In this document: positions 28,015 through 41,490 of the stretch, piece after piece
How positions within the stretch are numbered: the first letter of the stretch is position 1
Layout: every line of letters begins with the position of its first letter
Assembly: GCA_030141605.1 (NCBI GenBank)
Contig: JAQGDQ010000184.1
Coordinates: 362,210-426,209 of the forward strand
Origin: Tubiluchus corallicola
Taxonomy: Eukaryota; Animalia; Priapulida
Direction: 5' to 3'
DNA: 64,000 nt
Made by a program: the position numbers and the translations under genes
Notes under the pieces: generated by a model
The model's database searches: none
What the model was told of the DNA's origin: nothing
The model's input: only the letters and a program-made list of their open reading frames with translations

Positions 28015-29548
28015 ATGTCTGAAAAACACCAGTCGACACTAGGGTCTGTAATATGCAATTTTCCGTCGCAAAATTTTATGAAATTTTATTATTTCGATTA
28101 TCGTATTTCTTTTGAAATTTCCTTCCATGGGCATTTTGGATATGCGTGCGTGTATAGAGTATATTCGTCTATTTTGCCTTTGTTCGTTCTTTTATTTATT
28201 AATTCGCTAACTCATTCATTCAATCACTTTTCTGTTCCTTTACTAATTGCTCAGCTTGCTCGATCACAATCCAATTAGGGTTTTTCTTGACATTTATAGA
28301 ATTTCCTCGTAAAGAATGTCATGACAGAAACACAAAAAATCACTTGTAATATCGCATGGCTAGAGCTTTATTTGTAAACGCAACCCAGAATCCCAGATTT
28401 GATATTTCGCTTCATCAAGACGCCAGTTCATTATCCAGGCTCTCGAGATCCACTTGACGTAGATGTTGAAGCCAGACAAACTGCTGAGGTTTGATGAAAT
28501 AATGATGAACGGTGAAACAGCAGCAGAGAAAGTGGGCAACTAAGTCAGTGGGGTAACTTTCTTTATAATGTAGCGTAAAGAAACTGTTTTGACGTAGAGA
28601 ACCTTATGAGAAAAATTGTCGTGTTAATTTGTGTTAATTGTACATTTCGTGATTACAATATTTCGTGGTTAGTTTCCCTATAATCTAAATAAGCAGGTAT
28701 GTAAATGTATAAAGATGTAAAAGTAGCACTAAAGTGAGTGACATGTGCACCATACAGCACTCCTCGCATAAAACTGCACTTGTTTTCTGTATATTTGACG
28801 TTTAAATCTATTTTCTTCTCATAAATTGCTTGCGCGTGACAAATTTACTTCATACGCAGGTGCAGGTTTGCACATTAGATTTTTTGACGATAATTTATGT
28901 GACTTTATCTGTTCATCTTTGAAGCCAGGAGCTGGACTGGCGTTATTGGATCATGCGCAATAATGCCTTAAAGCTCAAATTGCCAATCTGCGCAAACTTT
29001 CGTTATTAGCCTTGTGTGATTAAAAGCGTTTGTTTAACACACTCATGAGCTGTTTATCGGTGTGTGCGTATACATGTGTATTGGCTTCGCTTATTTTCAT
29101 TATGTAGTTTTTGCGTACAGCGGTATAATTATAGCTGTTATATAATATGAGCAGACTCACACATCGCAATCAAAAATACGTAAGTCTGTGGAAGAAATTA
29201 AGTACTTACGTGTTTTGAAAATCTCAAAAATCTTTGTTGTTTTTTGTTCTTGATTTAACCTTTTTGATGTTTTGATAAATCTACATAAATCTTTGATGAG
29301 CAATAGTTATGTGACATAATTGTGAATAGTGAGATCTGTGGACACTAAACAAACAAATAGAAACTTCAAAAAGTAGTGAATAAATTTTGTTTTATAATGC
29401 AACACCTGTTTAAGATTGTCTCGAATATTACATTGATATACAGTGGCATAAATATATGTTATATGGTTGTTGTTATACGTAACAACTAGGTTAAGCAGTA
29501 CACACGTACACGTCATGCCTGTGGTTGGTAACTTTTTTATCTGATTAA

Positions 29549-29753
29549 AGTAGGGTTCACCTAGCATCCGGAATGCGCATGCGTTTTGGGGGTTCGGAAT
29601 AGATAAAATCGGTTTATATTGTCTTCAATGCACCTGTTCAGACTTGCGTTACGCGTAATTTTTTCTTCTGCTATTTCAAACTGATTTTTATTCTGCAGCT
29701 ATTCCGCAAGTGGATAACGCATAACGCATTCCGGGTACTGCGTAAACGCCACT
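29549..29753. mobile_element. ~205-bp MITE, possibly Kolobok-like
   Basis: Left end agtagggttcacctagcatccggaatgcg vs the reverse complement of the right end agtggcgtttacgcagtacccggaatgcg. TTAA precedes the left end and taa follows the right; the termini are AG..CT. Confidence 0.55.
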
Positions 29754-32700
29754 TAAGTCTAAAACTGTTTACACGGCGCGCCGTGAAGGCCTTGGAGAAA
29801 TTTTTATGTCTCCGTTGGGAAAAAAATCTGGATAGTAGGGTTCGCTGCGAGAAATTAAAATCTTGGTTTTTACGTATATTTAGCATCTAGTTGAGTTGCA
29901 CAACACGATAGAATGCGTTTTTTGCGCAGTAAAGTGCTACAAATTTAGCAATTTGTCTAATACGCCTGGAATTTTGATTAATAATCAGAGAATCTACAAG
30001 TGTGCCAAGCCCAAAATTTAATCAGGGTTCTTATGGAAAGTCGTGGTCCTTCCACGAAACCCAAGTTGTTCCTATGACACCAAACAATGTTAACTATGGT
30101 GTTAGCTGGGTATCTCAGGGAAAGTCGTAGTGGTTAAAACCAGCTTAGCTTTACGTGTACTACAAACATTGCATATTTTTGTGTGAATGCAATTTTAGCT
30201 GAAAAACTTAATAAACTGAGTACTTCGCCTGGTTGCAATCTTGTATTCAGATATGAGGCAATTTTGCGCATATAAGTACATTTTAGAAACTTACCAAATT
30301 TATCGATTTTGCCGGTACGAACTTACCGATCAATTTATCGCTTGCTCAAGAATGTAAATATAATACAAGCAAATGAATTGCTTTATTCGGATTAAGTAAG
30401 TGATCCTTCAAGTGCATACGACTCGTTACCACATTTGATGGTAGAATATGATGAATAATATCTGAATTTTGATGATATTCCGCTGAAAAAAATATTATAG
30501 AAAACAGAAAACAAAAAGAAAGCGTGATGTACAGATATTCGTGTGTCCGAAACAAATGCGTAACAACTATATGACTCGGGTAGCTATGTCTTGTCTACGC
30601 TTATGCATCCGCTTCTGTTATTGTTGTTCAAATAATAAAATTGAAGAGATCCAGCTAACATTTCTTCCTTTGCTGCATTCACAAACTACGCGAACAAGAA
30701 ATTTACGGAACAGTGAGACTCGCAACTCGTTTATGAAAATCTTTACAGCAATTTTTTCTCGTTTTACTTGTGATCATAATTTATCGTGTTTAATTTTTGA
30801 TGAAAAGGCGCGTGTACTGCTCCTACTGCACTTTGGAACACTAAAAATGTTCACTGATGAACATATTTTCCATGAAGAAAATAGAGATGGAGAAAATTAT
30901 CTGGAATTTCTTGTGTATTTCGGCTTACTACAAACCGGTATCCAATAACAGCCAATGGCTTATAGGCGGCTTAATAGTTCCTCCCAAAACCGATAGTCAT
31001 CTATCCAGTTACTAGCCAGTTCAGGGGTTCATAGCCGAGCAAGTGCCATAATATTTATTCATACCTTGATTACTGCACAAAATTTTTCATATTAATGTTG
31101 TATTACCATGCTATGGTCTCTTTTGATAGCACAAACTACACATTGAATGCAACATCTAATCACGTAGTAGGTATTTTTGTTGCGTTTTATAAAATTATGA
31201 TTTCTTTCCAAAGATGGTGTTAGCTTAACATTAGCTGGTCCCAATGCCAGTTCTATCTAACTGGACAGTTACGTTTTTGTTGAAATGCAATGTGACATGT
31301 GCCGATGACAGTGATTAAAAGAGAAGAGAGATTTTGAAGTGTATATTGCGCCGTTATCACTTCGTCGTGTGTGCATCATTGCACTCAAGTGATCAACGTT
31401 TTAGTAATAAAGCTGATTTGTCAAAGGTTACAGTAGCTAAGCCTTTAGTACATTGGGTTCTGTCGAGTTGACAGTGAAATGATTGGAAGTATATGTGTTT
31501 CTTCTTTATCGCAAAGAACCTTTTGTTTTCAAATTTGATTTTTTTAGCTGTTAATGGCTTCTCGTGTTTTAATATGGCAGCAAACATTTCAAAATTTATA
31601 TAGAATTCTGCCTCATTACAAGTTAAAGTTGAAGAAAAATGTGTACATTTAACGTTGTCAACCTGAATGGTACCAGAAACCGCAGCTAGTTGAATGAATA
31701 ACCCATGTAAATCATTTTTGTTAATCTTTTCTTATTAAAGGAATGGGATTATTAAAAAAATAATAAAAGAACATTTTTTTACGGTTGGCCATAATTTTCC
31801 CAAGAGCGTCATGCAGTTTACCGAGTAAAAAAAACAAAGATATCTCTGTTTCAGCAATATTGTGCCCACTGGTTATTTAATTGTTAGTTGAAGAAGCTAT
31901 TAAGAAACAATGTTTAGGCCTACTAGTCCTAAGCTGTTTTTAAAAATAATCCTATCTCTGGTCATAGACCTGTCTTTACCACCAGCACCAACAAGATTAC
32001 CTTATCCTAATCCTTATTCTAACTTAACTCCCACACTCTTATCTTAACTTAAGTTGTCCCATTCACCGACGGATCGTCCTCAACTACAATGAGCCAATGG
32101 TCCAAAGAACCATGCTTGGCTCTAGATACCATAATTACAAAATGGTTTAAAACAGAAACCATTTATACCTACTCCGTTGTACTCCGCCCTTATTGCGGCT
32201 ATTGGACCTTCATGGAACGCAAAGGGAGAAATAGTCAATTAGGTGCTTAATTATTTTGTTAGGCGGCCCATTCTGAAGTTTTTATCTTAACGTACGAAAT
32301 CCACGTACTGACAACCATTGCAGGCGCGCCATTTCAATTAGTGGCTAGTGAATTAACACTCAAGTTTGGCTTCACTAATGTTACGGAGGCTTTTCAAGTG
32401 TCAAAAATTTTCTGATAGAATTAGTGCTAATGGTTAGAAACTCGTGGTAAACAATGTTTAAGGAACGTCAAAATATTCAAGTCAGGTAATGAAAGGGCAT
32501 GACAATACATAAGTTTCTTTTCTTGATTCAGTTCACGTTTTGTTGGGCGACAAGGGACTTTGGAAAACGAAAAGTTTAGCAAAACGCCGCCTCAAACTCT
32601 GACTGGCTGACTTGTCACATTGACTGCGTGATGTTTTCTGTCAATGTTAATTGTAATATACATAAAAATTAAACTGTGGATGCAGTTTTTACAGCGCGTT

Positions 32701-34239
32701 ATTCTAGAATGATGCATACTTGCTAAAATAATTTAGTTCCAACGTGAATAAAATTTCCATGCTGGACATCAGTCCGCCAAAAAATGCTGGTGCCCGGGAA
32801 AAGAAATAGGATGGGTTCTGAGATTCAGAAAATCATTTGTTCTGATGAAGTTTTCGAATTCCGTATAAAATGTTGCCCAACCAGACGTTTATTGAATATG
32901 AGTTCTGTTTGCTTTTTGCTTAAGAATGTAAATTATGAGTTAATTCGAAAGCTTTGTAAACGCTGTCATTTAGCGAAAAACTAGAATCTCTTTAGGAGAA
33001 TACTTTTATTATACCTAACCCACAGCGTCACGGGTTTGTCAGATCAATGGCTTTTTTAACAAACTTTAAATCCAGTTGCAAAATTTATGCGCCTTGCCTT
33101 AGTTAGTTACGCGTTATTTAAGTATGGCGTTGTTTATACACACCTTGCAGAGTCTTTGGTCAGCCAGAAGTGTAAGACGTCGTTCCTACCCATTCAGAAG
33201 ATGTGAGAGCACGAATTGGTCAAGTCTCTGATAAGGGCCTATCTTCACTAATGTTGTAATAAGTAGTTAGTGAAGTTAAGCCCTTTGTTAGCGATTGGCT
33301 TATTGTCAACGATTCGAAGTCTGCTGAACGGTCAACATTTGGTAAATCGGAAGGAGTTTTTCTAAGAATAGTTTCGTGATTGGCTGCTTCAAGAATCTAT
33401 AATTAGGATCCTCATCATGTATTAAAATAACTGATATCAATTTGAGTCCGTTTAACAAACATAAGGTATGTTAATGCTGAATCTAAACTTGAAATTCTGA
33501 TACCAGTCACACTGATTTTTAAGCAATTCGCTCTAAGTTGCACAACGTATGCCTAAAACTTAAAATCATTTAAAAAAATGTTATTCTTGGGTAATAGCCA
33601 AAATACACGTTTTATTACAATTATCAGTTAGAGTTGCTATAGTCCAACACTAAAATGCCTTGGTGGACTGACTCATTCTCGCGTTTCGCAATCAGGATAG
33701 TCTTTAATTAAGCACAACATGTACATTGCTATCGAAAGCTTACGATGTGATGTCATCACTCTTCTGCTGCTCGCGTGTCGTGACAGATAATCAAAAGGGA
33801 GGAATGGGTTAATTAAAACTGTATCTAGAGTTGAGCTCCTCGTAAGATAACGCCGCTAGGGGAAACTTACTTCATTTGGGTGACTGGGATTTCTATATGA
33901 GCCGACGAAAAGGCATTTGTGTTCTCAGTAGCTATGCATTAGAACTAGTTATTTGACTCATCCGAGTTTATTCCTTCATAATCCCAGTAGAAGCGCGTGT
34001 TATGCAGTTGATTACAGTGATTTCTCGTGATTCGAATTGTCAATAAAGTTTTCTCGGCGGTTTGTTTGATGACGAAGTTTCCTCCCAGCTGATTAAACAA
34101 GAAAAAAGGTTCTTCTTGGCCAATTAATAAAAGAGCAATCAAACAACAAAACACTAACTCTGCGCCGCTTCGTTAGCTTTCTTTTTTCTAATACCTGACT
34201 CTTGATGTTTTCTATTTAATGCTCTAATTATGTTTCCTT

Positions 34240-34590
34240 TTATCAGTACCTGAGTTTATCTTTTCGTTTTTCTATTTCTTCTCTCGTTCTTTCATTATTT
34301 GATTTATCTTTCTTTGTTTTTCATTTCTTTCCTCCTTTATTTTTTCCTTTCTTTCTTCAACCCCTTCTTCGTTTCTTTATTCTTCAATTCTTTTTTGTCT
34401 TGTTTTCTATTTTTTCGATCTCAACCTGTTTGCTCTCTTTCTTTTTATTCACCTTTTCTACTATTATTTTTTCGTTTCTTCTCCTTACTTTCTCCAATCA
34501 CTCTTTTTACTTTCTTCTTTCTTCCCCACGGTTTCCTTTCTTTCAGTTTTCTTTTTCTTTTTCTTTTCCTTTTACCTTTCTTTTTTCACT
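34240..34590. repeat. Polypyrimidine low-complexity tract
   Basis: Almost entirely T/C; source of the F/L/S-rich ORFs. Confidence 0.85.
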
Positions 34591-35219
34591 GGCAAAACAA
34601 ATTGAGAAAATTTGACAAATTGATTACGGGTGTTAATTATTTAACGAAATATTTGTGACTTTGTGTCAAAGTAATCATGATCACTTGCACTAAATTGGCT
34701 CTCGTGTGAGAGAGACACACGACTTCATTATCGCTATGCCTTTCTCGTAAATAGGTGGATCACTGCCGACAAGGGGACTTAATTTATGGCTCACATTAGG
34801 TTGTATTTATCTCAGTACAGCTAGCTTTTCCTATAGGTACTTTGGTTTATAGTAAAGTGCCTAAAAGCTAGTGAATTATGTTTTTCAGGAAAGAAGTGCA
34901 GTGCAGTGCGATCTGATCTGTATATACAAATATAACAGTAATGCTTATAGACGCTGGGCATTTGTCAGCATGTGAATTAAATTTTAATGAAAACTGCTTG
35001 GTTTTAGTGTATATAAGGCTTAAGTGGCATAAGGCTTCTCTGCTTTCGTAAGGTAAAGCACCACAAGCTACGATTTTTGTGTGTTTTGTGTGAATAATTT
35101 ACCAGCCATTATGCTCGATAAAACACCAGCCAGCAAACTTTATCCTTGGTTAAGCATAAAGGTAAACAAAGTTATTAAATCTTAATAAGGCTGAATGCAC
35201 AACTAAGTTTTTTGTGTGT

Positions 35220-35630
35220 CAAAGGAGAGCTGCGAATAAAACACGTGAGCATGAGAAAAAGAGGAGCAAGAGAAAGGAAGAATAGAGGATAGAAAATCTG
35301 CAAAGGAGCTAGCGAAATTTGAAAAGTTAGAGTGAGCGGAAGAGAGGAAGACAAGACAAGCTGACTGTGTGTGTGTGTGTGTGTGTGTGTGCGTGCGTGT
35401 GTGAGAGAGAGAGATGGGAAAAGAATTAGAAGGAAAGAAATGAGAGTGGTGGAGAGTTAATGAGTGACTGAGGTGTGCGCGAGTGGGACATAGTTTTACA
35501 TGATGCTGAAAACGAGAAAGACTGAAGAGATATAAGGAAACAAGGGGTTTAAGTAAGAGTAAGCGAAAGAAGTGAGAACGAAAAAAGAGGGAAAAAGAAC
35601 GAGAGAGGAAGAGAGGGGGGAGAGAGAGAA
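35220..35630. repeat. Purine-rich low-complexity tract containing (GT)n(GA)n
   Basis: Directly visible; microsatellite at 35366-35413. Confidence 0.85.
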
Positions 35631-35694
35631 CAATTTTTTGTTTTGTTTTGTTTTGTTTCCTTTTCGAAATTTGTGAAACTAAAGTCACATTATA

Positions 35695-35761
35695 AACATT
35701 ATAAACGGATTTTCATTATTCCGCGTGCGCATACGCATTCCGGGTGCTAGGAAACGCTACT
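35695..35761 (-). mobile_element. Solo terminus of the same MITE family as 29549-29753
   Basis: Reverse complement agtagcgtttcctagcacccggaatgcgtatgcg...cggaataatgaaaatccgtttata matches 29549-29620. Confidence 0.6.
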
Positions 35762-36267
35762 TTGCTATCACTGAGATATAATCATATCCGTGCATAATAA
35801 TAGGAAAATGTGGACATTCATGTTGCTTTAATGGAGTATTAAAACAGTTATGATTTCTTCCTCTTCTATGACAATGTTTGACGGTGAATGGAAGCGATAA
35901 AGCGATTAATAACGATTATAATTTGTTTTACGGCTATATAGCCAATCAACTGCGTTACCAGCCCAATCGAAAATTCAGCAGGATATTCCGGGCTAGCAAT
36001 CATAGCAATATAGCCGCGGGAGATTAAAGCGATCGGCTTCATTAATGACCCTAGTAACTGGGTTTCATTGCTGCTTGTTGTTGCATTAGCTAGCGATTTA
36101 AATTACTCCAGTGCTCTCCTAGAGGCTGGTCTCTCTCTCTCTCGATCTACCAAGTTGGTGATCTAAATTACATTAATACTCCAATTTCACTCTATTGTCT
36201 GGTTTACTGTACTTGTTAATTACCGTGTGTATTGCTGTAAGAGATAAACTTTGGTCATTTTGTCGCA

Positions 36268-36486
36268 GACCGGTTGGCGTTGCTAGACCGGGTGGTGCTC
36301 GATTCCCATTGGTGAAGTTGCGGGTTCAATTCCCGACCGAGTAAAATGGTACCGCTGATTGTTCGACCAAGCACGCTGGTTTATCAAAGTAACGTGCGGG
36401 TGATAATAACCTTGGAACCACCTTGGAAATAAGTGTTGAGTTACTTGTTATCCCTGCACTATGTCCTAAACGAAATTATTATTATA
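36268..36486 (+). mobile_element. tRNA-derived SINE
   Basis: A-box-like TGGCGTTGCTAG, B box GGTTCAATTCC at 36323-36333, an (ATT)n tail, and a homologous copy at 46448. Confidence 0.75.
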
Positions 36487-36744
36487 TATAAGGTGCCTCG
36501 TGCTGTATTAGGTGCAGTCGGGTTAAAATTACTTTACTCCACATTGCATTTAAAACTATTATTTAAATAATTAGGCCCATATTTATTTTTTATATATTTA
36601 TTTCGTAATCTTCAAAGTACAATACACGAGTGAAAAGCAGTTAAAAAGTGAAATAAAATAATAAAGGACTACTAAAAAACAGTGCAAATTAAAACAAAGT
36701 GATTATAATAATATAAGTAGAAGATTACGAAGAATTAAAATAGC

Positions 36745-37340
36745 AGCTTACAAGTGTCTGTTAAAAAGTAAAAATTTGCTAAAATCAACCTGACATAGCC
36801 GTTTTCTAAATAATAATTTTCATTGTCAGCATTTACAGTTGGAGCATCATTCACATATGGTGGTAGTTTATTCCATAAACTTACAACTCTGTTGCTGAAG
36901 AAATATTTAAAGCAATTAAGTGACCTTTTTTACCTTGTAATTTCAAATGGTGGCCCTTGCAAATGGTGCAAATGGTGCAAAGTTAAAAAAGGTTCACTCG
37001 AGATTGATATGTCATCATGAATTATGCTATAGCACATAGTTAGATCATTATAAATGCATCTTAGTTCTAGGGGCTCCCAATTTGAGTATTGGCATTCTAT
37101 TTGGGTATGACGTGGAGTTTTAACTGACATCTAGCAAAGAGTCTGCGTGTGAAATATCTTTGTACATTTTCCACAAGACCTATATTCTTTAGAAGGGAGG
37201 GTTCCAGACAGGAGTGCAGTATTCGACTAATGGGCGTACATATGTTTTGTAGGCTGTAGGCAGAGCATGCTTATCAGATGTAACAAAGCGACGAAAAAAT
37301 CATATTGCTTACACAACTTGCCTTCGTAACTTTGTAACTG
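36745..37340 (-). mobile_element. 3' end of a CR1-clade LINE
   Basis: Minus-strand translation 'AYKTYVRPLVEYCTPVWNP', 'LVENVQRYFTRRL', 'LELRCIYNDL..CYSIIH' and 'FFSNRVVSLWNKLP' are typical CR1 ORF2 C-terminal motifs. Frameshifted. Confidence 0.88.
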
Positions 37341-38269
37341 CTTGTTTGAAGTTTATCCTTAATCATGCTTTTCCTTAATCAAAAGATGAAAATTTATAAA
37401 TTTTAACCCTGCCAGACAAAATGTCGCCAACGTGACACTTTTTAGTTTTTTATTTTTATTTCTGTGCTGCCTGCAACGTCTTCGTAAAAAATGTGCAAGT
37501 AGGTTTACTTATAAAAGTTCTGATTGGATTGACGTAAATAGTCTGCACCAGCATGTAAGGGAATCAAGACTTATACCATAAAGTCTACATAGGGCAAGCG
37601 TGTCATACAATATGTGTATATACGGGGTATCTCGTAAGTCACTATACACTCTACATTTTTATTTCCTTCTACTAAAGAAAGGAAAATGGCTGAAAACAGG
37701 CACACTGCTGCACTGGCTGGTTTCTACGTATGCACCACATTCTTCAGTGGTGGCGATTAATTGGTGCATTTCTAACATCAGCCTCTCAAATTAATGTCTG
37801 CACAATCATCATTAACTATTGTATCACATTCATGAAGGGGCTTAGTCTGGTTACACGTTTTTTCTTGATGCAGTATGTGTCATTAAAAATTGCTGAGATA
37901 TATATCTGTCAAATTATCGGAAAATCTTGTGTTGACGAAGTCTTCACGGCTTCTAATTATCATGGAGACCCATTTGAAGCTTATACACCAAAAGAATTAT
38001 CAGTGAGTGCTTTAGATTTGTGCCAGAACTGGCCGAGATGGAAGAAAAACTTAAAAAGAAAAACATATATCTATCAATGTGTACAGTGACTTTTGAGACA
38101 CTCTACGTGTGTTATGTGTATGTGTATGTATAAAGGGGAATCGTATGTATTTATATAGCATCACTTTAGTTTGTTGATCGTTTATAGTTGTTATTTTAGA
38201 TTTTTATTCTCTCCATTGATTATACCGAACCACTCGTCGCTCAGCGCCTGATAAAACTTTCGTAACTGG

Positions 38270-38289
38270 ATCTTTCTATTATATTTCAG
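38270..38289 (+). promoter_or_regulatory. Possible 3' splice acceptor of a 5'-UTR intron of receptor 1
   Basis: tctttctattatatttcAG followed by more GC-rich sequence, ~450 nt upstream of the ATG. Confidence 0.3.
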
Positions 38290-38736
38290 AAGAAATCCGA
38301 ACCGTGGATGCGGGCAGAAACATCGCTCGAATTTACCTGCTGTTTCGGTGACTAGATAACTATTGATATAAGTTACACGATACGAGGTGTTCTGCATAAT
38401 TGGCAGCTGAGGAAATATTTGTGTGCAAAGGGATCTTTTGATCCGGACTATCATTTGATCAGTTGCGAGAAGGAAGGTAATTGAGACGGTCATAAACCGA
38501 CGATCGCATTAGATGGACGCAGAATTTCTGTGAGATTCAGCAGAATGTGTTATATGCATTCACTTCTGATGTAGGCCTTTCATTCGCTGCAAAAACTTAG
38601 AACTACAAAGTTGCTCATGTGTCTGAAGCGATTTCATTAGACTTATAATGTTCGCTAATATCTGAACAGTCTAAATATATTTTGTGGTAATGTGAGAGGT
38701 TTTCAAACATCTGACGTCAGTTGATAGTGGTCAATT

Positions 38737-39957
38737 ATGGAAACGCCAGTGTTAAGAAACTCGACCACGGAATCGGACTTTAATAATGTGTCTTCGAATT
38801 CTTCGTATTATGGTCATCCAGCTCTTCAAGGATTTCAGTGTGTGTTATACGCATTGATTTTTTTGATTGGATCATCTGGAAACTTTCTGGTCTGTTACGT
38901 GGTGGTGCGAAATCCCTCCATGCACACAGTCACAAATATATTCATAACTAACTTGGCAATTTCTGACATGTGTATGTGTTTCCTAGCTGTTCCCTTCACA
39001 CCACTTTCAGGCTTTATGGACAAGTGGCTGTTCGGTTCAATTCTGTGCCACATCATTCCCATGGTGACGGGCGTCAGTGTCTTTGTGTCGACGCTGACGC
39101 TAACAGCTATTGCCATCGACAGATTTATTGTCATCTGCTTCCCATTTCTACCGAGGATGAAGATGTGGGTCTGTGTGCTAGTAATTTGCATCATCTGGAC
39201 AGTTAGCATATCATTTTCCTTTCCTATAGGTTACTTTATGGTACTGACTGAAGATCATGACTGTTTAGAGTCATGGCCGGGTGATGATGATGGCGAGCAT
39301 ATGAAGAAGTTATACACACTGGCCAGTTTCGTGGTGCAGTTTATTGTACCTCTATGCTTCATCACAGTGTGCTACTTAAGCATTTCTACCAAGATGTCCC
39401 ATCAGTTGAAGAAAAAGATTGGAGCCAGGTCTTCAAAGAAGGAAGAACAGGACATTAAGCGAAAGAAACGGATGAACATAATGCTGGTTGCTATGGTATT
39501 GATATTTGCCTCGTGTTGGCTTCCACTGAACGTGGCTAACATCGCACGTGACTACACCACGTTTGCGATGTGGCCTTACTTTCTAGTAACTTTTTATTTT
39601 ATTCACATCTGGGCGGTAAGTTCCACTTGTTATAATCCGATTCTATACTCGTGGTTAAACGAGAACTTCAGGAAAGAATTCAAAGCTGTTCTTCCCTGCT
39701 TTCCCAAAACGAAGCCAGGCCAGCATCGGTCTAACGGCAGACTGAAGCCGTCTACGCATGCGTGCAATTGTAATGACGATAAACACTCCACATCGGACGC
39801 GTCCAGAAAATTGATTAAACACGCACCTAATTGCGCTGGCTCGTCCAGCCCTAGAGCAGAAAAATCAAGCAAGGCAATTGCTAAAGATAATGTTTTGCTG
39901 CAGCCAATGGCCACAAACTCTGAAGACATCAGTGAAGCCAGTAACGTCAATGTCTAA
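38737..39957 (+). CDS. sNPF-R: Class A neuropeptide GPCR, short neuropeptide F / prolactin-releasing peptide receptor-like (paralog 1), 406 aa, single coding exon
   Basis: Seven hydrophobic segments with GN (TM1), NLAISD (TM2), C3.25, DRF, CWLP and NPILY. It carries strings I recognise from insect sNPF receptors: 'TVTNIFITNLA.SD', 'VPFTPL', 'STLTLT.IAIDR', 'PRMK' and 'SSTCYNP.LY.WLNENFRKEF..VLPCF'. N-terminal sequons are NST, NVS and NSS. Confidence 0.93.
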   Translation: METPVLRNSTTESDFNNVSSNSSYYGHPALQGFQCVLYALIFLIGSSGNFLVCYVVVRNPSMHTVTNIFITNLAISDMCMCFLAVPFTPLSGFMDKWLFGSILCHIIPMVTGVSVFVSTLTLTAIAIDRFIVICFPFLPRMKMWVCVLVICIIWTVSISFSFPIGYFMVLTEDHDCLESWPGDDDGEHMKKLYTLASFVVQFIVPLCFITVCYLSISTKMSHQLKKKIGARSSKKEEQDIKRKKRMNIMLVAMVLIFASCWLPLNVANIARDYTTFAMWPYFLVTFYFIHIWAVSSTCYNPILYSWLNENFRKEFKAVLPCFPKTKPGQHRSNGRLKPSTHACNCNDDKHSTSDASRKLIKHAPNCAGSSSPRAEKSSKAIAKDNVLLQPMATNSEDISEASNVNV

Positions 39958-41079
39958 TCAACTCCTTTGTTAAAGGTGCAGGAATAACGGTGCTCAAGTG
40001 ATGCATTTCTTGACAAAACCTATCCGCTAATTAACACTGTACAGCTTTTCTGGTCAACTGCCTAACGCTCTGATAGGCATTATTGTGAGATGAGTTCATA
40101 AACTTTAAACTTCGCCATGTCATTATTATAGTATGTCTCGTTTATAGTAGTAATGATTGTCTTCACTTCGTGTTAATTGTCTGAGTTTTTCGAATTGTGC
40201 TAGGGTAATATTGCATGAACCTCTTCACAATTCCAGTGATTGATGATGATCGTGACAAGGTCAAAGGTTAAGTAAACCAGACAACGCATTTGTGTACAGT
40301 TGACAACGCCCCGCAGCCCATGTTATTGTAATAGTAACAGTTTTAACAGCTAGCCAGAATTTTATCTAGTTCATTTTTTCTTGTTCCCAAGCAAGGTCCT
40401 ACTAGTACATCACTGTATACACAGACTAATGCATAATTAAGTAAAGTCCACGTAAAACAACTGAAGTTACTGAATTAATGCGGCAGACAGCTTTGCTTTA
40501 CTCACATATCACGTGACGGTTGTGGTTAAGACGCATTGCTGGGTTTCAGGCAACCTTTGACCTACAGCAGCTGCGCGTACGCATAGCCAAACTGTGAAAA
40601 GGGCTTTTTGCAAATATAATTTAAAAGGAAGAGAAGATTTTTCATTAACCTACTCGTCATTTGCACATGACTTTAACTGTTCAAAAACATTAAACAGTCA
40701 TTTAGTAAATTTAATTATTTAATTTAGACTATCCAATAGGCTGCACGCAGACAATTTTTTATGCATGCATGCACGTTTGTTTATTGCATGTATGCGTTGC
40801 ATGTGTCAGTTTCACAACGCTTAACACTTTTATAACGCAACATTATTGGCTCGTCTATTTATCTAATTAACGGTATAACTCCTACCTACACTTAACGGTA
40901 ATTAAGAAACTCTATGCATCTGTATTATCAAGATGTTGAATTTGTCTGATGTCCTATCTGTCGTTTCTATTCATACGTCATTCACATTCAATACGGAAAT
41001 GTGACATGCTCTTTTGAAATGACCATTCACCTTCAATTACTTTTTTGTGAGTGGGAAATAGCCCGGGAAATTAATAGTT

Positions 41080-41490
41080 CATCTGGTACGTTTTCGTTTT
41101 CAAAACACTGGCCGATCATTTGAAAGCAAAGTATTAAGTTGTAGTTTGCCACACTACTCGGAGTGCCATTTTTCGATTTAACATCTGAATTGTCGGTCGA
41201 TTAATACCTTTATGAAGTTAAGAACTGATTGGCGCAGTGTGCTTCAATGACAATTTTAAATCATTGGTCTTCCAACTGGCAACGCCAGTTGTTCTAGTGC
41301 ATTGGCAGAACTCCCAAATTTAGAGAATACTTGCTTGGTTTCTAAAGGACGTCGTGCTTAGACTGTTATGAATAAGTCTCGGCTCTAGTCGATTATGGAA
41401 GCACTAGGTTATTGGTGTGAGCTAAAGCCTAATTTGGTGAACCTACGTTTAAAGTGCAAGTTAGCTCTTAATGTTGAGTGCTGGATGACT
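41080..41490 (-). mobile_element. Possible very decayed LINE RT fragment
   Basis: Minus-strand pieces 'VLNFIKVLIDRQFR' and 'NGTP.SV' resemble RT subdomains. Many stops. Confidence 0.25.

Noticed and set aside
30990-31040. 5S rRNA or SINE3 fragment on the minus strand
   Set aside because: Only ~25 bp of loose resemblance to the 5S internal control region; insufficient.
34299-34658. Hydrophobic 'membrane protein' ORFs (also 8910-9161, 35203-35688, 6302-6656)
   Set aside because: Products of pyrimidine-rich low-complexity or transposon repeat sequence.
38895-39950. Antisense and alternate-frame ORFs within receptor 1 (similarly 48871-49332 in receptor 2)
   Set aside because: Shadow ORFs of a genuine coding region with no independent features.
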